From Candidatus Hydrothermarchaeum profundi (GTDB lineage: Archaea > Hydrothermarchaeota > Hydrothermarchaeia > Hydrothermarchaeales > Hydrothermarchaeaceae): DNA of 64,000 bases. A model generated the notes under the pieces. The model worked only from the letters and a program-made list of their open reading frames with translations, ran no database searches and was not told the DNA's origin. The number at the start of each line of letters is the position of its first letter. Position 1 is the first letter of the stretch. Shown here one piece after another: positions 19,434 to 35,297 of this stretch. The position numbers and the translations under genes are program-made. Location of the stretch: assembly GCA_002011125.2 (NCBI GenBank), contig MTMF02000009.1, positions 482,995 to 546,994 on the forward strand, read 5' to 3'.

Positions 19434-19910
19434 CTACTTAGTAAAATAGGATGTCAATATCTCTATAAATTTCTCTGGATCCCTAGTAGTTAATACAAGA
19501 GCCCTGAACACTCCGTTCTTTTTCTCAATTTCTACGGCAGGCTTATGCATACTCACATAAGCTAACCTTCTTCTCCAAATTCTAAGACCCCAACCTACAT
19601 ACCAAGGGATCTTTTCAATTACCCGGACTTTTTTGATTTCATTAAATGAGATCCTATAAGTAAAAGGGGGCATTATGGCTTCTACACCCTTAGATGTTAT
19701 TCTAAACCGCATATTAAAAAAGGACCAATACGCTACTACAAGAATAGTGCTTACGGCCGCAAGGAGAGTAGGAGGGGCATCTGACATTTTATAAATACCT
19801 ACAAGAGAGAATAATGTCGCGACGATCAAAAACAGAACAGAGCATAGAAAGATCGCTCTTATTCTAAAGGAATATGGTGCACTCTCTTCGTACATAATCG
19901 CGGACATCAT
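19434..19910 (-). CDS. Membrane protein with bacterial PH-like domain
   Basis: Two TM helices, then GWGLRI...AVEI...LTTRDPEKF. Confidence 0.75.
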   Translation of the reverse strand: MMSAIMYEESAPYSFRIRAIFLCSVLFLIVATLFSLVGIYKMSDAPPTLLAAVSTILVVAYWSFFNMRFRITSKGVEAIMPPFTYRISFNEIKKVRVIEKIPWYVGWGLRIWRRRLAYVSMHKPAVEIEKKNGVFRALVLTTRDPEKFIEILTSYFTK

Positions 19911-20102
19911 TTTTTTAGATATTTATAACTTGGCATTATAACTGGCCACAATATCCCCTCCGATTTCTATGAATCTTTTTGTTAATGTATTTTAAGCCGT
20001 TAACATTATATCAATTTACCAGCCATTACTAATACTAGGACTGAAATAAAGCGTTACGAAAAGTTTATATATAGATATAATAATGTCATGGTTACCATAC
20101 AT

Positions 20103-20230
20103 TGGGTATGGCGGCCATAGCGGAGGGGCCACACCCGTTCCCATCCGAACACGGAAGTAAAGTCCTCCAGCGATCCTGGCGGTACTATGGTGCGCGAGCC
20201 CATGGGAAACCAGGGACGCCGCCAGCCCAC
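20103..20230 (+). rRNA. rrf: 5S rRNA
   Basis: GGCGGCCATAGCGGAGGGG...CCCGTTCCCATCCGAACACGGAAGT...CGCCGCCA; terminal helix; not linked to 16S/23S. Confidence 0.97.
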
Positions 20231-20282
20231 TTAAAATCACCCAAGAGAGTGATCAAAATAGTTTGTGATAGGTATCTAGATA

Positions 20283-20357
20283 GCCCTGGTAGTGTAGCGT
20301 GGCCTATCATACGGGACTGTCACTCCCGTGACTCGGGTTCAAATCCCGACCAGGGCG
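20283..20357 (+). tRNA. tRNA-Asp(GTC)
   Basis: GCCCTGG...CCAGGGCG; anticodon arm CGGGA-CT-GTC-AC-TCCCG. Confidence 0.97.
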
Positions 20358-20405
20358 CCTCCCAAAAGGAGTATGAAGGGGACGCGAAAATGAGGCAGAG
20401 CAAAT

Positions 20406-20519
20406 GGGCCCGTAGCTCAGTCTGGCTAGAGCACCGGCCTTTTAACAGTCCTTTTCACTGCGTTACTGGAAGGGTTGAAAGAAAGCCGGGTGTCGCGGGT
20501 TCAAATCCCGTCGGGCCCG
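20406..20519 (+). tRNA. tRNA-Lys(TTT) with canonical 37/38 intron (~20445-20483)
   Basis: GGGCCCG...CGGGCCCG; CCGGC-CT-TTT-A-[intron]-A-GCCGG. Confidence 0.93.
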
Positions 20520-20545
20520 CTAGCTAAATAAAGGGGGATGAGAAA

Positions 20546-20785
20546 ATAGTAAAGGTAGATATATCGAAACATGAGTTGGTTCCAAAACATGAAATACTTC
20601 CAAAGGAGGAGGTTGAGAGGGTATTAGAAAAATATAATATTACAAAAGGTCAGATTCCTAAAATATTGGAATCTGATCCGATGGTGAAAAAAATCAAGGC
20701 GAAGCCAGGGGACGTTATAAAGATAACTAGAAAAAGCAAGACCGCTGGGGAGAGCATTTATTACAGGGTAGTGGTTTCTGATTGA
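20546..20785 (+). CDS. rpoH: RNA polymerase subunit Rpo5 (H)
   Basis: [14 protein letters not shown]...[10 protein letters not shown]...[17 protein letters not shown]; start proposed at ATA 20546 (track uses TTG 20576). Confidence 0.95.
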   Translation: MVKVDISKHELVPKHEILPKEEVERVLEKYNITKGQIPKILESDPMVKKIKAKPGDVIKITRKSKTAGESIYYRVVVSD

Positions 20786-20794
20786 GGTGATAGA

Positions 20795-22279
20795 GTGATC
20801 GATACTAAACCGGTTATGCGTGCGTTTCTTAAGAAACGTGAGCTCGTTAGGCAACATATAGATTCTTTCAATGATTTCGTTGAAAACAGGCTACAGCAGA
20901 TCGTTGATGAAACTAAAGAAATTGAGACCGATGTAGGAGTAACTGTTCGCTTTGGTAAAATCGAAGTGGAAAAAGCTGAGGTTATAGAAGCTGATGGAGC
21001 GAGGAATAGAATAAAACCGTTTGAAGCTCGGCTGAGAAATTTGAGCTATTTTTCTCCGATTTATCTGGAAATGACTCCAATTAAAGATGATCAGGAAGGG
21101 GAGACAGAGAGAGTCAAAATAGGAATGCTGCCGACCATGATTAAATCAAAAATATGTAACTTGTATGGCTTGACGAGGGAGGAGCTTATTGAAGCGGGTG
21201 AAGACCCATTAGATCCTGGCGGTTATTTCATTGTTAACGGCTCTGAGAGGGCTTTAGTTACAATAGAAGATCTCGCTCCTAATAAAATAATGCTTGAAAG
21301 AACAGAGAAATATAACCGAATAACTGAAGTAGCCAAAGTATTTTCTAAGAGAGGGGGATTTAGAGCCTTAGTTACCGTTGAAAGGGATAAAGAGGGAATG
21401 ATTGGTGTTTCATTTCCTTCAGTGCCCGGGAATATTCCTTTTGTCATACTTATGAGAGCATTGGGGGTGGAAACAGATCAGGGCATAGTAAATACGATTT
21501 CCGATGATCCTGAGATAATTCAGACAATATTAGAGAATCTGGAAGAGTTTCTTGAGGTAAAAAGCTCGGCTGATGCTATGGAAATAATTGGAAAGAAAGT
21601 CGCTGCAGGTCAGACTAGAGACTACAGGCTTAAGAGAGCTGAGCAGGTTATAGATAGATATCTGCTCCCGCACATAGGAGTTGAACCTGAAGACAGAATA
21701 AGGAAAGCATATTATCTTGGCAGAATGGTATTAAGGGTATTAGAACTTGCTCTTGGAAGGAGAGAGCCTGATGATAAAGATCACTATGCTAATAAGAGGC
21801 TTCGTTTAGCAGGGGACCTGATGGAGGACCTTTTCAGAGTGGCGTTTTATAATCTTACTAGAGATATAAAATACCAGCTGGAAAGAGCAGTTGTCCGCGG
21901 TAAAGAGCCCTCTGTGCAAACCGCTGTGCGTGCTGATGTTCTTACCGAGAGGATACGCCATGCTCTCGCTACTGGCAATTGGGTCGGAGGTAGGGCGGGA
22001 GTTAGTCAGTTGCTTGATAGGACAAATTACATATCGGTATTATCTCATCTGAGAAGGGCGGTTTCACCTTTAAGCCGGTCTCAACCGCATTTCGAAGCTA
22101 GGGATCTTCATCCGACTCAATGGGGTAAGATTTGTCCAAGTGAAACTCCAGAAGGCCCTAACTGTGGTCTGGTTAAAAATCTAGCTTTAGCATGTGAGTT
22201 CTCTACGGGTTATGATGAAACATTACTTTTACCGAAGTTATACGAATTAGGGGTTAAGAAGATTCAGAAGACAGGGTGA
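20795..22279 (+). CDS. rpoB2: RNA polymerase subunit Rpo2N (B'')
   Basis: [39 protein letters not shown]. Confidence 0.98.
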   Translation: MIDTKPVMRAFLKKRELVRQHIDSFNDFVENRLQQIVDETKEIETDVGVTVRFGKIEVEKAEVIEADGARNRIKPFEARLRNLSYFSPIYLEMTPIKDDQEGETERVKIGMLPTMIKSKICNLYGLTREELIEAGEDPLDPGGYFIVNGSERALVTIEDLAPNKIMLERTEKYNRITEVAKVFSKRGGFRALVTVERDKEGMIGVSFPSVPGNIPFVILMRALGVETDQGIVNTISDDPEIIQTILENLEEFLEVKSSADAMEIIGKKVAAGQTRDYRLKRAEQVIDRYLLPHIGVEPEDRIRKAYYLGRMVLRVLELALGRREPDDKDHYANKRLRLAGDLMEDLFRVAFYNLTRDIKYQLERAVVRGKEPSVQTAVRADVLTERIRHALATGNWVGGRAGVSQLLDRTNYISVLSHLRRAVSPLSRSQPHFEARDLHPTQWGKICPSETPEGPNCGLVKNLALACEFSTGYDETLLLPKLYELGVKKIQKTG

Positions 22280-24096
22280 AAAAAATGGAAGCTAATATAT
22301 ATGTTAATGGCAACCTCATAGGCACTCATTCAAATCCTTTAGAGTTTGTTAAGGAGTTAAAAGAGCTCAGAAGGAAGGGAAAAATCTCCGGGCAGACCAA
22401 CATAGCTTATTTTGAGGATACCAATGAGGTAGTAATTAATACGGATGCCGGTAGGGCTAGGAGGCCTCTTATAGTCGTAGAGAATGGGGTACCTAAGCTT
22501 AAGGAATCCCATGTAGAGGCACTAAAGAAAGGGGAAATGGATTGGGATGACCTGGTATCTAAAGGAATTGTTGAGTATTTGGACTCAGAAGAAGAGGAAA
22601 ACGCCTATATAGCGGTTAAGGCCGAAGAGCTTACGCCTGAGCATACTCACCTGGAGATTGATCCTCTTTTCATGCTTGGCATTTGTACGGCTATTCTCCC
22701 CTTTCCCGAGTACAACTCTTCTCCCAGGAACACTATGGGTGCAGGTATGTCAAAACAGGCCTTAGGCTTTTACTCTTCAAATTATAAGTATAGGGTTGAT
22801 ACGAGAGGACATCTACTTCATTATCCACAGAAGTCTCTTGTTCAAACTGAGGTGATGGATAGTATTGGTTACAATAATAGAGCTAGTGGTCAGAATTTTG
22901 TAGTTGCTGTGCTATCCTACGCCGGGTATAATATGGAAGATGCCTTGGTACTCAATAAAGCCTCGATAGAGCGTGGATTAGGCAGGTCAACATTCTTTAG
23001 AGCATATGAGGCTGAGGAAAGGCGTTATCCTGGAGGACAACTCGACAAGTTTGAGTTGCCAGATGAAGAAATAAGAGGCTATCGTTCTGAAGAAGATTAT
23101 GCTCATCTGGGAGAGGATGGTCTAGTAGAACTTGAGGCTGATGTTAATTCTGGGCAGGTATTAATAGGAAAGACGTCACCTCCTAGATTTTTAGAGGAGA
23201 TAAGTGAGTTTGGAATAGCACGTGAAAAAAGAAGAGAGACGTCTGTAACCGTTAGACATGGGGAGACAGGTACAGTTGACTTTGTAATGCTAACTGAAAA
23301 TGTAGGTGGGAATAGACTCGCAAAAGTTAGGGTTAGAGATCAGAGAATACCTGAGCTGGGCGATAAATTTGCTTCTAGACATGGGCAAAAGGGCGTGATA
23401 GGTGCTATAGTTCCACAGGAGGATCTTCCTTTTACGGAGGAGGGAATTATTCCTGACCTTATAATTAATCCGCATGCCATACCCTCTAGGATGACGGTGG
23501 GTCAGGTTCTAGAGATGATCGGAGGCAAGGTCGCTTCCTTAGAGGGGAAGAATACGGATGGAACAGCGTTTTCAGGGAATACTGAGGAAGAGCTAAGAAG
23601 GGCTCTTAAAGAGAATGGCTATAAGTCGACCGGCAGAGAAGTCATGTATAATGGGATGACTGGAGAGAAAATAGAAGCAGAGGTTTTCATAGGGGTTGCG
23701 TATTATCAGAAACTTCATCATATGGTTGCAGGTAAGATTCACGCAAGATCAAGAGGCCCTGTGCAGGTATTGACTAGGCAACCTACGGAAGGAAGAGCCC
23801 GAGAGGGTGGCTTGAGGTTTGGTGAGATGGAGAGAGACTGTCTTATAGGCTATGGTGCAGCCTTGTTACTCAAAGAGAGACTATTAGATGAATCTGATCG
23901 ATATGTGATGAACGTTTGCGAGAAATGTGGTTCAATAGCAGTCCATGATAAAATTAGAGATACTATCTACTGCTCTATTTGTGGAAGAGATATTGATGCG
24001 GCTGAAGTAGAAGTAAGCTATGCATTTAAATTACTCCTAGATGAGTTGAAATCGCTAGGAATAAATCCTAAGCTTATTTTGGGTGAAAAGGCATAA
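22276..24096 (+). CDS. rpoB1: RNA polymerase subunit Rpo2C (B')
   Basis: [23 protein letters not shown]. Confidence 0.98.
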   Translation: MKKMEANIYVNGNLIGTHSNPLEFVKELKELRRKGKISGQTNIAYFEDTNEVVINTDAGRARRPLIVVENGVPKLKESHVEALKKGEMDWDDLVSKGIVEYLDSEEEENAYIAVKAEELTPEHTHLEIDPLFMLGICTAILPFPEYNSSPRNTMGAGMSKQALGFYSSNYKYRVDTRGHLLHYPQKSLVQTEVMDSIGYNNRASGQNFVVAVLSYAGYNMEDALVLNKASIERGLGRSTFFRAYEAEERRYPGGQLDKFELPDEEIRGYRSEEDYAHLGEDGLVELEADVNSGQVLIGKTSPPRFLEEISEFGIAREKRRETSVTVRHGETGTVDFVMLTENVGGNRLAKVRVRDQRIPELGDKFASRHGQKGVIGAIVPQEDLPFTEEGIIPDLIINPHAIPSRMTVGQVLEMIGGKVASLEGKNTDGTAFSGNTEEELRRALKENGYKSTGREVMYNGMTGEKIEAEVFIGVAYYQKLHHMVAGKIHARSRGPVQVLTRQPTEGRAREGGLRFGEMERDCLIGYGAALLLKERLLDESDRYVMNVCEKCGSIAVHDKIRDTIYCSICGRDIDAAEVEVSYAFKLLLDELKSLGINPKLILGEKA

Positions 24097-24106
24097 GGTG
24101 GTATGA

Positions 24107-27931
<3,825 letters not shown>

Positions 27932-27932
<1 letters not shown>

Positions 27933-28234
27933 TGGTTAATGTTGACAGAGCAATACGAGTTGCGGTAGACACAGGAGATGTATTAATGGGTGAGAGGGAG
28001 ACTCTTAAGGCAGTAAAGAACGGGGAATGCAAGCTGGTAATAGTTGCTTCTAATTGCCCTTCTAATCTAAGAGAAGATTTAGAGAGGTTTGCAAAGATTT
28101 CTGGTGTACAAATCTACGAATATAAGGGTTCTAGCCTTGACTTAGGTGCTGTATGCGGCAGGCCTCATGTTATATCAATGCTTGGAGTTAAAGAAGCAGG
28201 CGATTCAGATATTTTTGAACTTGGTAGGAGGTAA
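27932..28234 (+). CDS. rpl30e: 50S ribosomal protein L30e
   Basis: VIVASNCP...LGAVCGRPH; conserved position. Confidence 0.95.
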
Positions 28235-28238
28235 TCTC

Positions 28239-28658
28239 TTGAAGTCGCTCAAGCTATCTTCTGAGGATATACGATATATTGCCCTCTTTGAGAATCTAAC
28301 TGGAGCAGTTACAAAGGACTGCATTCCAGATGACAACGAGAACAAGATCACTTTCATCGTAAGAAAAGGAGACATGGGCTTAGCCATTGGAAAAAAAGGG
28401 ACAAATATCCAGAAAGTAAAGCAAACCTTAGGAAAAAAAGTTGAGGTCATTGAGCATTCCGATGATCCCAAAGAGTTTCTGAGGAATCTCTTCTCTCCCT
28501 ATAGGGTTAAAAAAGTAAATATAACAGAAAAAGTTGCCCACGTTGAAATCGATGAACGTGACAAAGCCATGGCGATTGGTAGAAAGGGAAAAAATTTAGA
28601 AAAGATAAAGTTATTAGCAAAAAGACATCATGATGTTCATGATATAATAGTAATTTGA
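28239..28658 (+). CDS. nusA: Archaeal NusA (KH domains)
   Basis: MGLAIGKKG and [10 protein letters not shown] motifs; TTG at 28239 after GGAGGT. Confidence 0.94.
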   Translation: MKSLKLSSEDIRYIALFENLTGAVTKDCIPDDNENKITFIVRKGDMGLAIGKKGTNIQKVKQTLGKKVEVIEHSDDPKEFLRNLFSPYRVKKVNITEKVAHVEIDERDKAMAIGRKGKNLEKIKLLAKRHHDVHDIIVI

Positions 28659-28668
28659 GGTGCAAGTG

Positions 28669-29106
28669 ATGGCCAAAAAAACTACAGGAGAATTTGCAGG
28701 TAGGAAGCTAAAACTCCGTAGGAAGACGTTTAGATGGAACGATCCAAAATATAAAAAGAGAGTTCTAAAACTAAAGGAAAAGTCAAATCCTCTAGAAGGA
28801 GCTCCTATGGCGAGGGGAATCGTACTCGAGAAGGTGGGTATAGAAGCTAAACAACCAAATTCAGCAATAAGAAAATGTGTCCGAGTACAGCTCATAAAAA
28901 GCGGCAGACAGGTCACCGCATTCACGCCTGGAAACAGGGCAATAGATTTTATCGACGAGCATGATGAAGTAATTATTGATGGAATAGGCGGTAGAAAAGG
29001 AGGTAGTATGGGAGACATCCCTGGAGTAAGATTTAAGGTTATAGCGGTTAACAATGTTAGTCTTAAGGAACTTGTAAGGGGGAGAAAAGAGAAACCCATA
29101 AGGTGA
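28669..29106 (+). CDS. rps12: 30S ribosomal protein S12
   Basis: [27 protein letters not shown]. Confidence 0.98.
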   Translation: MAKKTTGEFAGRKLKLRRKTFRWNDPKYKKRVLKLKEKSNPLEGAPMARGIVLEKVGIEAKQPNSAIRKCVRVQLIKSGRQVTAFTPGNRAIDFIDEHDEVIIDGIGGRKGGSMGDIPGVRFKVIAVNNVSLKELVRGRKEKPIR

Positions 29107-29702
29107 TGGGATTGAAGATATTTGGTATATGGGATACTAGCGGTGTAGAGGTCAGAGATCCGGGTTTAAAATCGTATATTAATTTGAAGCCGTATTATGT
29201 TCCTCACAGTGGAGGAAGACATGCAAAAAAACCGTTTGGTAAATCTGAAATTAATATAGTTGAAAGACTTATTAATAGGATAGCAGTTACGGGGCATGAG
29301 GGTAAAAAACATAAAAGGACTAGCGGGAGGAATACCGGAAAGAAAATCCTTCATAGTAGAATTGTCAAAGAGGCCTTTGAGATTATAGAAAAAAGAACAA
29401 AGAAAAACCCAATCCAGGTGCTAGTAGATGCGTTAGCTAATGCTGCGCCTAGGGAAGATACAACTCGGATTAGATATGGAGGTATAGTATATCACCAGAG
29501 TGTTGATATATCGCCGCAGAGGAGATTGGATCTCGCATTGAGATATATAACTGTAGGTGCAGCTAAATCCGCTTTTAGAACCAAGAAATCAATAGCTGCT
29601 GCCCTCGCAGACGAAATAATAGCGGCAGCAAACTATGATATGAAATGCTACTCAATATCTAAGAAGGAAGAGCTGGAAAGGATAGCCAAAGCTGCAAGGT
29701 GA
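29106..29702 (+). CDS. rps7: 30S ribosomal protein S7
   Basis: NPIQVLV...PRED...[10 protein letters not shown]. Confidence 0.97.
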   Translation: MGLKIFGIWDTSGVEVRDPGLKSYINLKPYYVPHSGGRHAKKPFGKSEINIVERLINRIAVTGHEGKKHKRTSGRNTGKKILHSRIVKEAFEIIEKRTKKNPIQVLVDALANAAPREDTTRIRYGGIVYHQSVDISPQRRLDLALRYITVGAAKSAFRTKKSIAAALADEIIAAANYDMKCYSISKKEELERIAKAAR

Positions 29703-29707
29703 TAACT

Positions 29708-31867
29708 ATGGGTAGAAGAGAAGAGATGATCAAAAAAATCGAGAAGCTCATGAATGAGAGAGATAGAATCAGAAATATGGGTATAGTGGCTCACATAGAT
29801 CATGGGAAAACTACTTTAAGTGATCATCTTCTCGCAGGGGCCGGCATGATTTCTACCGAACTTGCAGGTCAACAGCTCTATCTAGATTCTGACATATTAG
29901 AGCAGACTAGGGGTATAACAATTGATGCAGCAAATTGTTCAATGGTCCACGAATATAAGGGAGAGTCGTATCTTATTAACATGATAGACACCCCAGGGCA
30001 TGTTGACTTCGGGGGGGACGTCACGAGGGCTATGAGGGCGGTAGATGGAGTTATAGTTGTAGTTGATGCGGTAGAAGGAACCATGCCACAAACTGAAACT
30101 GTTTTGAGGCAAGCGTTGAAAGAGAGGGTGAAACCTATTCTGTTTATAAATAAGGTTGATAGACTCATCAACGAGTTAAAGCTAACGCCTGAAGAAATGC
30201 AACGTCGATTCATCATGATAATAACAGAATTCAATAAAATAGTTAGGGACATGGCACCTCCAGAGTTTAAAGATAAGTGGCAAGTAAAAGTTGAAGATGG
30301 AAGCGTCTCCTTCGGTTCAGCGTATCACAGGTGGGCTATAAATGTTCCTTTGATGAAAGAGAGTGGGCTGACCTTCAAGGATATTATAGAATATAATGAG
30401 AAAGGTAATCACAAGGAGCTTCGGTTAAAGGCCAAGATTCATGAGGTTATACTGGATATGGTAACGAAACACCTGCCCAGTCCAGTTGAAGCGCAGAAAT
30501 ATAGAATACCTAACATTTGGCCTGGCGACATAAATAGTCCTGAGGGACAAGCTATGTTGAATTGTGACCCGGATGGTAAGCTGGCTATAATGATTACAGA
30601 TCTAACAGTAGACCCTCAGGCAGGTGAGGTAGCTACGGGGAGAATTTTCTCAGGAACTTTAAAGAAGAGTCAAGAGGTATATCTGCACAACTTAAAAACT
30701 AAGGCTAGGGCTCAGCAGGTTGGCGTATATTTTGGCCCTGAAAGGATGCCGACGGCCTATGTTAAAGCAGGCAACATCGCTATGATTACTGGACTTAAAA
30801 ATGTGCAGGCAGGTGAAACGGTATCTGAAGGAGAAGGATTATCTGAGCCTTTCGAGGAGATAAAGCATGTATCTGATCCGGTTATAACCGTGGCAGTGGA
30901 AGCGAAGAATACAAAGGACCTACCTAAGCTAATAGAAATACTGAATGTTACTGCAAGAGAGGATCCTACAATAAGGGTTGAGATTAACGAAGAGACAGGA
31001 GAGCATCTGCTCTCAGGCATGGGTGAATTGCATCTTGAAGTTCTTACATATAGGATTAGAGAAAAAGGCGTTGACATAGAAGTATCCCCTCCAATAGTGG
31101 TATACCGTGAATCAGTGCAAAAAATCTCTCCAGTAATAGAGGGGAAATCTCCTAATAAGCATAATAAATTCTATCTTCAGGTAGAACCTCTTGAGCCTGA
31201 AGTGCTCCAGGCTTTAGTATCAAAAGAAATAAAATATGATAGACTTAAGGGCAAAGAGCTAGCGGATGCTTTTATGAAACATGGTATGAACAAAGCTGAG
31301 GCTAAAGGCGTTATAGATGTCTATGAGAACAATGTTTTAGTTGATGTTACTAGGGGTATACAATATCTTAACGAAGTCATATCGCTAGTGCAAGAAGGCT
31401 TCCGTGAAGCTATGGAAGATGGGCCTCTCGCAAAAGAAAAATGCTTAGGTGTTAAGGTTAAGCTAACGGACGCAAAGTTGCATGAGGACTCTATTCACCG
31501 CGGCCCCGCCCAAGTGATTCCAGCGGTTAGGGACGCTATACGGCAAGCCATGCTTCAGGCGGGAGCGCTTTTATTAGAACCAAAGCAAAAGGTATTTATC
31601 CATGTGCCGCAGGATTATATGGGAGCAGCTACTAGGGAGATCCAGAGTAGAAGAGGCCAGATCCTTGACATCCGGCAGGAGGACGGGCTTGTAGTAATGG
31701 AATCTAAGTGCCCTGTGTCAGAGATGTTTGGATTTGCTGGGGATATCAGGTCTGCCACGGAGGGCAGAGCTCTTTGGTCAACTGAGCTGGTTGGATTTGA
31801 AAAATTGCCGGCCGAGCTTCAAGACCAGGTTATAAGTGAAATAAGAAAGAGGAAAGGTTTAAATTAA
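29708..31867 (+). CDS. fusA: Elongation factor 2
   Basis: [18 protein letters not shown]; diphthamide loop [11 protein letters not shown]. Confidence 0.98.
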   Translation: MGRREEMIKKIEKLMNERDRIRNMGIVAHIDHGKTTLSDHLLAGAGMISTELAGQQLYLDSDILEQTRGITIDAANCSMVHEYKGESYLINMIDTPGHVDFGGDVTRAMRAVDGVIVVVDAVEGTMPQTETVLRQALKERVKPILFINKVDRLINELKLTPEEMQRRFIMIITEFNKIVRDMAPPEFKDKWQVKVEDGSVSFGSAYHRWAINVPLMKESGLTFKDIIEYNEKGNHKELRLKAKIHEVILDMVTKHLPSPVEAQKYRIPNIWPGDINSPEGQAMLNCDPDGKLAIMITDLTVDPQAGEVATGRIFSGTLKKSQEVYLHNLKTKARAQQVGVYFGPERMPTAYVKAGNIAMITGLKNVQAGETVSEGEGLSEPFEEIKHVSDPVITVAVEAKNTKDLPKLIEILNVTAREDPTIRVEINEETGEHLLSGMGELHLEVLTYRIREKGVDIEVSPPIVVYRESVQKISPVIEGKSPNKHNKFYLQVEPLEPEVLQALVSKEIKYDRLKGKELADAFMKHGMNKAEAKGVIDVYENNVLVDVTRGIQYLNEVISLVQEGFREAMEDGPLAKEKCLGVKVKLTDAKLHEDSIHRGPAQVIPAVRDAIRQAMLQAGALLLEPKQKVFIHVPQDYMGAATREIQSRRGQILDIRQEDGLVVMESKCPVSEMFGFAGDIRSATEGRALWSTELVGFEKLPAELQDQVISEIRKRKGLN

Positions 31868-31912
31868 CAAAAAATAAGTTCATTTGCAAGAAAGATAAAT
31901 AGGAGGTATAAT

Positions 31913-33199
31913 ATGGCTGAGAAACCACATCTAAACTTGGTATTTATTGGACATGTAGATCACGGCAAGTCCACCGCCGTGGGCAGGCTTCTCTTTGAGT
32001 TAAAGGCAGTTGGAGAGCATGTATTGAGACAATATAAAGAAGAAGCCGAGAAGATAGGGAAGGCTACCTTTGAGTTTGCATGGGTGATGGACAGACTAAA
32101 GGAAGAAAGGCAAAGAGGCCTGACTATAGATATATCTCACACTAAGTTGGAAACCGATAAATATTATTTCACCGTTATTGATGCTCCAGGGCATAGAGAT
32201 TTCGTTAAAAACATGATTACTGGAGCTAGCCAGGCAGATGCCGCAGTACTGGTAGTTGACGTGGCACAGAAAGATGAAAAAGGCGGACTAATGCCTCAGA
32301 CTAAAGAGCACGTTTTCCTGTCCAGAACCCTTGGTATAGGGCAGATAATTGCAGCGATTAACAAGATGGACACAGTAAATTACGACCAAAAGAAATTCGA
32401 GGAAACAAAAGCACAGCTTGAGAAGCTTTTCCAGATAGTAGGCTATAAGTCTGATCAAATAATTTATCTGCCAATGTCTGCTCTGAAAGGCGATAATGTA
32501 ACTACTAAGAGCGATAAGATGCCGTGGTGGGATGGTCCAACTCTCAAGGAAGCTATCGATATGCTTAAGGTGCCTGAGAAACCCACGCATTTGCCACTTC
32601 GCATACCTATCCAAGATGTCTATTCTATAACGGGCATAGGTACTGTTCCAGTAGGCAGAGTAGAGACAGGCGTACTAAAGGTAGGCGATAAGGTTGTCTT
32701 TGAGCCGGCAGGAGTTACAGGTGAAGTAAAGAGTATAGAAATGCACCACGAGTCTATCCCTAAAGCCGAGCCTGGAGACAATATAGGTTTTAACGTGAGA
32801 GGCGTAGGCAAAAATGATATAAGAAGAGGAGACGTATGCGGACATCCTGATAATCCTCCAACAGTAGCAAAGGAGTTTACCGCCCAGATAGTAGTACTCC
32901 AGCATCCAAGCGCTATAACAGTGGGCTATACGCCTGTGTTCCATTCACACACAGCTCAAGTGGCTTGCAGAATTACAGAGTTGATCAGTAAGCTTGATCC
33001 AAGGACAGGCAATGTCCTAGAAGAGAATCCGAAATTCTTAAAGACTGGAGATGCAGGGGTTATTAGAGTAGAGCCTACTAGGCCCATGGTAATCGAGAAA
33101 GTCAAAGAGATACCCCAGATGGGCCGATTTGCTATTCGGGACATGGGTATGACGGTTGCAGCAGGCATGGTAGTTAACATTACTCCGGCGAAGAAATAA
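31913..33199 (+). CDS. tuf: Elongation factor 1-alpha
   Basis: [21 protein letters not shown]. Confidence 0.99.
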   Translation: MAEKPHLNLVFIGHVDHGKSTAVGRLLFELKAVGEHVLRQYKEEAEKIGKATFEFAWVMDRLKEERQRGLTIDISHTKLETDKYYFTVIDAPGHRDFVKNMITGASQADAAVLVVDVAQKDEKGGLMPQTKEHVFLSRTLGIGQIIAAINKMDTVNYDQKKFEETKAQLEKLFQIVGYKSDQIIYLPMSALKGDNVTTKSDKMPWWDGPTLKEAIDMLKVPEKPTHLPLRIPIQDVYSITGIGTVPVGRVETGVLKVGDKVVFEPAGVTGEVKSIEMHHESIPKAEPGDNIGFNVRGVGKNDIRRGDVCGHPDNPPTVAKEFTAQIVVLQHPSAITVGYTPVFHSHTAQVACRITELISKLDPRTGNVLEENPKFLKTGDAGVIRVEPTRPMVIEKVKEIPQMGRFAIRDMGMTVAAGMVVNITPAKK

Positions 33200-33214
33200 T
33201 ATAAGGGACGCAAT

Positions 33215-33523
33215 ATGCAGAAGGCAAGAATAAAGCTCAGTGGAACAGATCATAAGAAGCTAGAAGAGGTCTGTGCTCAGGTTAAAGAGATTGCCAAGAA
33301 GACAGGGGTAGATATGGCTGGGCCTATACCCCTACCAACCAAGAGGCTGAGAGTACCGGTAAGAAAATCACCATCTGGAGATGGAACGGCCACTTGGGAG
33401 AAATGGGAAATGAGGATTCACAAGCGCTTGATAGACATTGAGGCGGATGAGAGGACTATGAGGCAGATAATGCGGGTTAAAGTACCTGACGGCGTTAACA
33501 TCGAAGTTGAGCTTAGAGCATAA
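33215..33523 (+). CDS. rps10: 30S ribosomal protein S10
   Basis: GPIPLPT...RKSP...[12 protein letters not shown]. Confidence 0.98.
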   Translation: MQKARIKLSGTDHKKLEEVCAQVKEIAKKTGVDMAGPIPLPTKRLRVPVRKSPSGDGTATWEKWEMRIHKRLIDIEADERTMRQIMRVKVPDGVNIEVELRA

Positions 33524-33575
33524 TTCTTGCCTTTTAGGAAATTTTTTATTAGGGTATTATATAAGGATGTTTTAT

Positions 33576-33695
33576 GCCGGGGTAGTCTAGACCGGTAAGG
33601 CGCAGGCCTGGAGTTTTATCTAATATATTCTAGTTAGGAAACCAGATAGCCTGTGTTGCTCATGCAACGCGGGAGTTCAAATCTCCCCCCCGGCG
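33576..33695 (+). tRNA. tRNA-Ser(GGA) with canonical intron (~33614-33647)
   Basis: GCCGGGG...CCCCGGCG; CAGGC-CT-GGA-G-[intron]-A-GCCTG; long variable arm. Confidence 0.93.
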
Positions 33696-33833
33696 CTCAT
33701 TAAAATCCTTCATCAAAGCACGATTCATGCTTATTTTCCGCAGATTTACCCTAATTATCTTGTGCTATTTTTTCATTCACCCTTTAATTCACTCTCAGAT
33801 TTGAACTTGTATCTAATTTTCAGATCAGCAGAG

Positions 33834-34118
33834 CTAACCTTTTTCTATCACTCTCTCTATATAGTCCGTTATCTCTTTGCTTAGAGCCGGATTGAGGGAT
33901 ACTGTTTTCCCACCCTTATGTAAAAGGAGATAACCGTCCTCCACAAGAACCTTGACGAGCCCTTTAATCCGCTTCCCATTCCTCTTGACTTTTTTGGAAA
34001 GCCAGTTAATCAGGGTGTCTACGGGCAAATACTTCGCTCCCCAACAACCTTTTCTTAACAACCTGTTCATTATGTCGGCTTTTATTTCCGCATCGCTTTT
34101 GACTGACATAAAGTTCAC
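33834..34118 (-). CDS. Small winged-helix-like protein
   Basis: VKVLVEDGYLL...VSLNP wing pattern; divergent from an HTH gene. Confidence 0.65.
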   Translation of the reverse strand: MNFMSVKSDAEIKADIMNRLLRKGCWGAKYLPVDTLINWLSKKVKRNGKRIKGLVKVLVEDGYLLLHKGGKTVSLNPALSKEITDYIERVIEKG

Positions 34119-34179
34119 TTATAATACCTTTTAAAGGAAAAATATAAATACTTTTATCCTCCAATTTGTTCTTGAGAAG

Positions 34180-34557
34180 ATGCCAGAAGAGCTGTACACA
34201 AAAAAAGAATACGGGTCGTTACTGATAAAGACCCTGGGAGACTCGCCAAAGCTGAGGATAATAGATTTCTTCCTAGACAACCCTATGTTCGACTTTACCA
34301 AGAAAGAAGTCATCGAAGCCCTAGGAATGAGCAAGCAAACCCTCTACAAGTACTTCCCGGATTTGGAAGAATATGGGGTGATCGAAGTTTCTAGGAAGAT
34401 AGGAAAAGCCAAACTCTACAAGATAAACTTGAAGCATCCCCTAGTCAGTATGCTTAGGGAATACGAGAAAAAAATCTCGCTTCAAATAGCAGAGAAAGAA
34501 AGAGCCAAACTTCAAGAACCCGTGCCAACGCAGCCCAGGGAAAAATTGAAAACTTAA
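34180..34557 (+). CDS. ArsR-like winged HTH protein
   Basis: LGDSPKLRIIDFF...GMSKQTLY...IGKAKLYKIN. Confidence 0.8.
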   Translation: MPEELYTKKEYGSLLIKTLGDSPKLRIIDFFLDNPMFDFTKKEVIEALGMSKQTLYKYFPDLEEYGVIEVSRKIGKAKLYKINLKHPLVSMLREYEKKISLQIAEKERAKLQEPVPTQPREKLKT

Positions 34558-34750
34558 ATCGGCTAACCGCAAAAACCTAAAACCACCAAAAACGGCCATT
34601 ATAAGTTTTTAAGTTCAGACCTGAATATTTACCTAGCCCTCGGCGCTTTTTTTACCGGTAAATTAGGGAAAGACAAAGACTATCTAGGAAAGGGCTATTT
34701 ATGTCTAATTGCCCCAAGACGTCCATAAAAAATGTTTACATCTACTAGGA

Positions 34751-35200
34751 TCATGCTCTCATCCTTTCCCAGATTATTTTCCTGATTTCTCGCTTCTCTT
34801 CTTCAAGAGACATCTCAGACTGGGTCCCGACAAGATTGAATAACGCTTTATCCACCCTGGATGAGGGGAAGTGCTGCATGAACTCCTCTTCTGGGGTGAG
34901 AACTTTCCGATGGATCTTCGACTTCCGGATGAACTCACCGTACCGAATAAACGTATCTGAGGAGATCGTGGAGGGCATGTGGTTATACTTCTTCTTTATT
35001 TTCGATATACCGACCTCTCCTCCTGTGAAAGCCTTTCCCACAGAACTCTGCCAATCTTGAGCCCGTTCTCTGTCAGGCTGAAGACCTCGATCTTCATTTC
35101 TTTTATCTGGGCCGGGGGGAGGTTTTCCACACACTATTCATCTGCTACTTTAAGGTAGTCCCCGTCGAAAATCTCCACAGGTTTTTCTTCTATCTCTAAG
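34751..35200 (-). pseudogene. Degraded SocA/Panacea-like antitoxin gene
   Basis: Frame-joined translation KIEVFSLTENGLKIGRVLWERLSQEER../SKIKKKYNHMP...RKSKIHRKVL with stops and frameshifts. Confidence 0.45.
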
Positions 35201-35297
35201 GCTCAAATCTGATTCAAAGTTTCTCTGTAGTTGAAGACCTTCCTTGAAGGCAAGTTTGGCCTAGGGGGTCGCAATTTATGGGTTTCGGGTGGGTAAT

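Noticed and set aside
20016-20527. ORFs 20016-20240 (-) and 20102-20527 (+)
   Set aside because: They overlap 5S rRNA and tRNAs; spurious.
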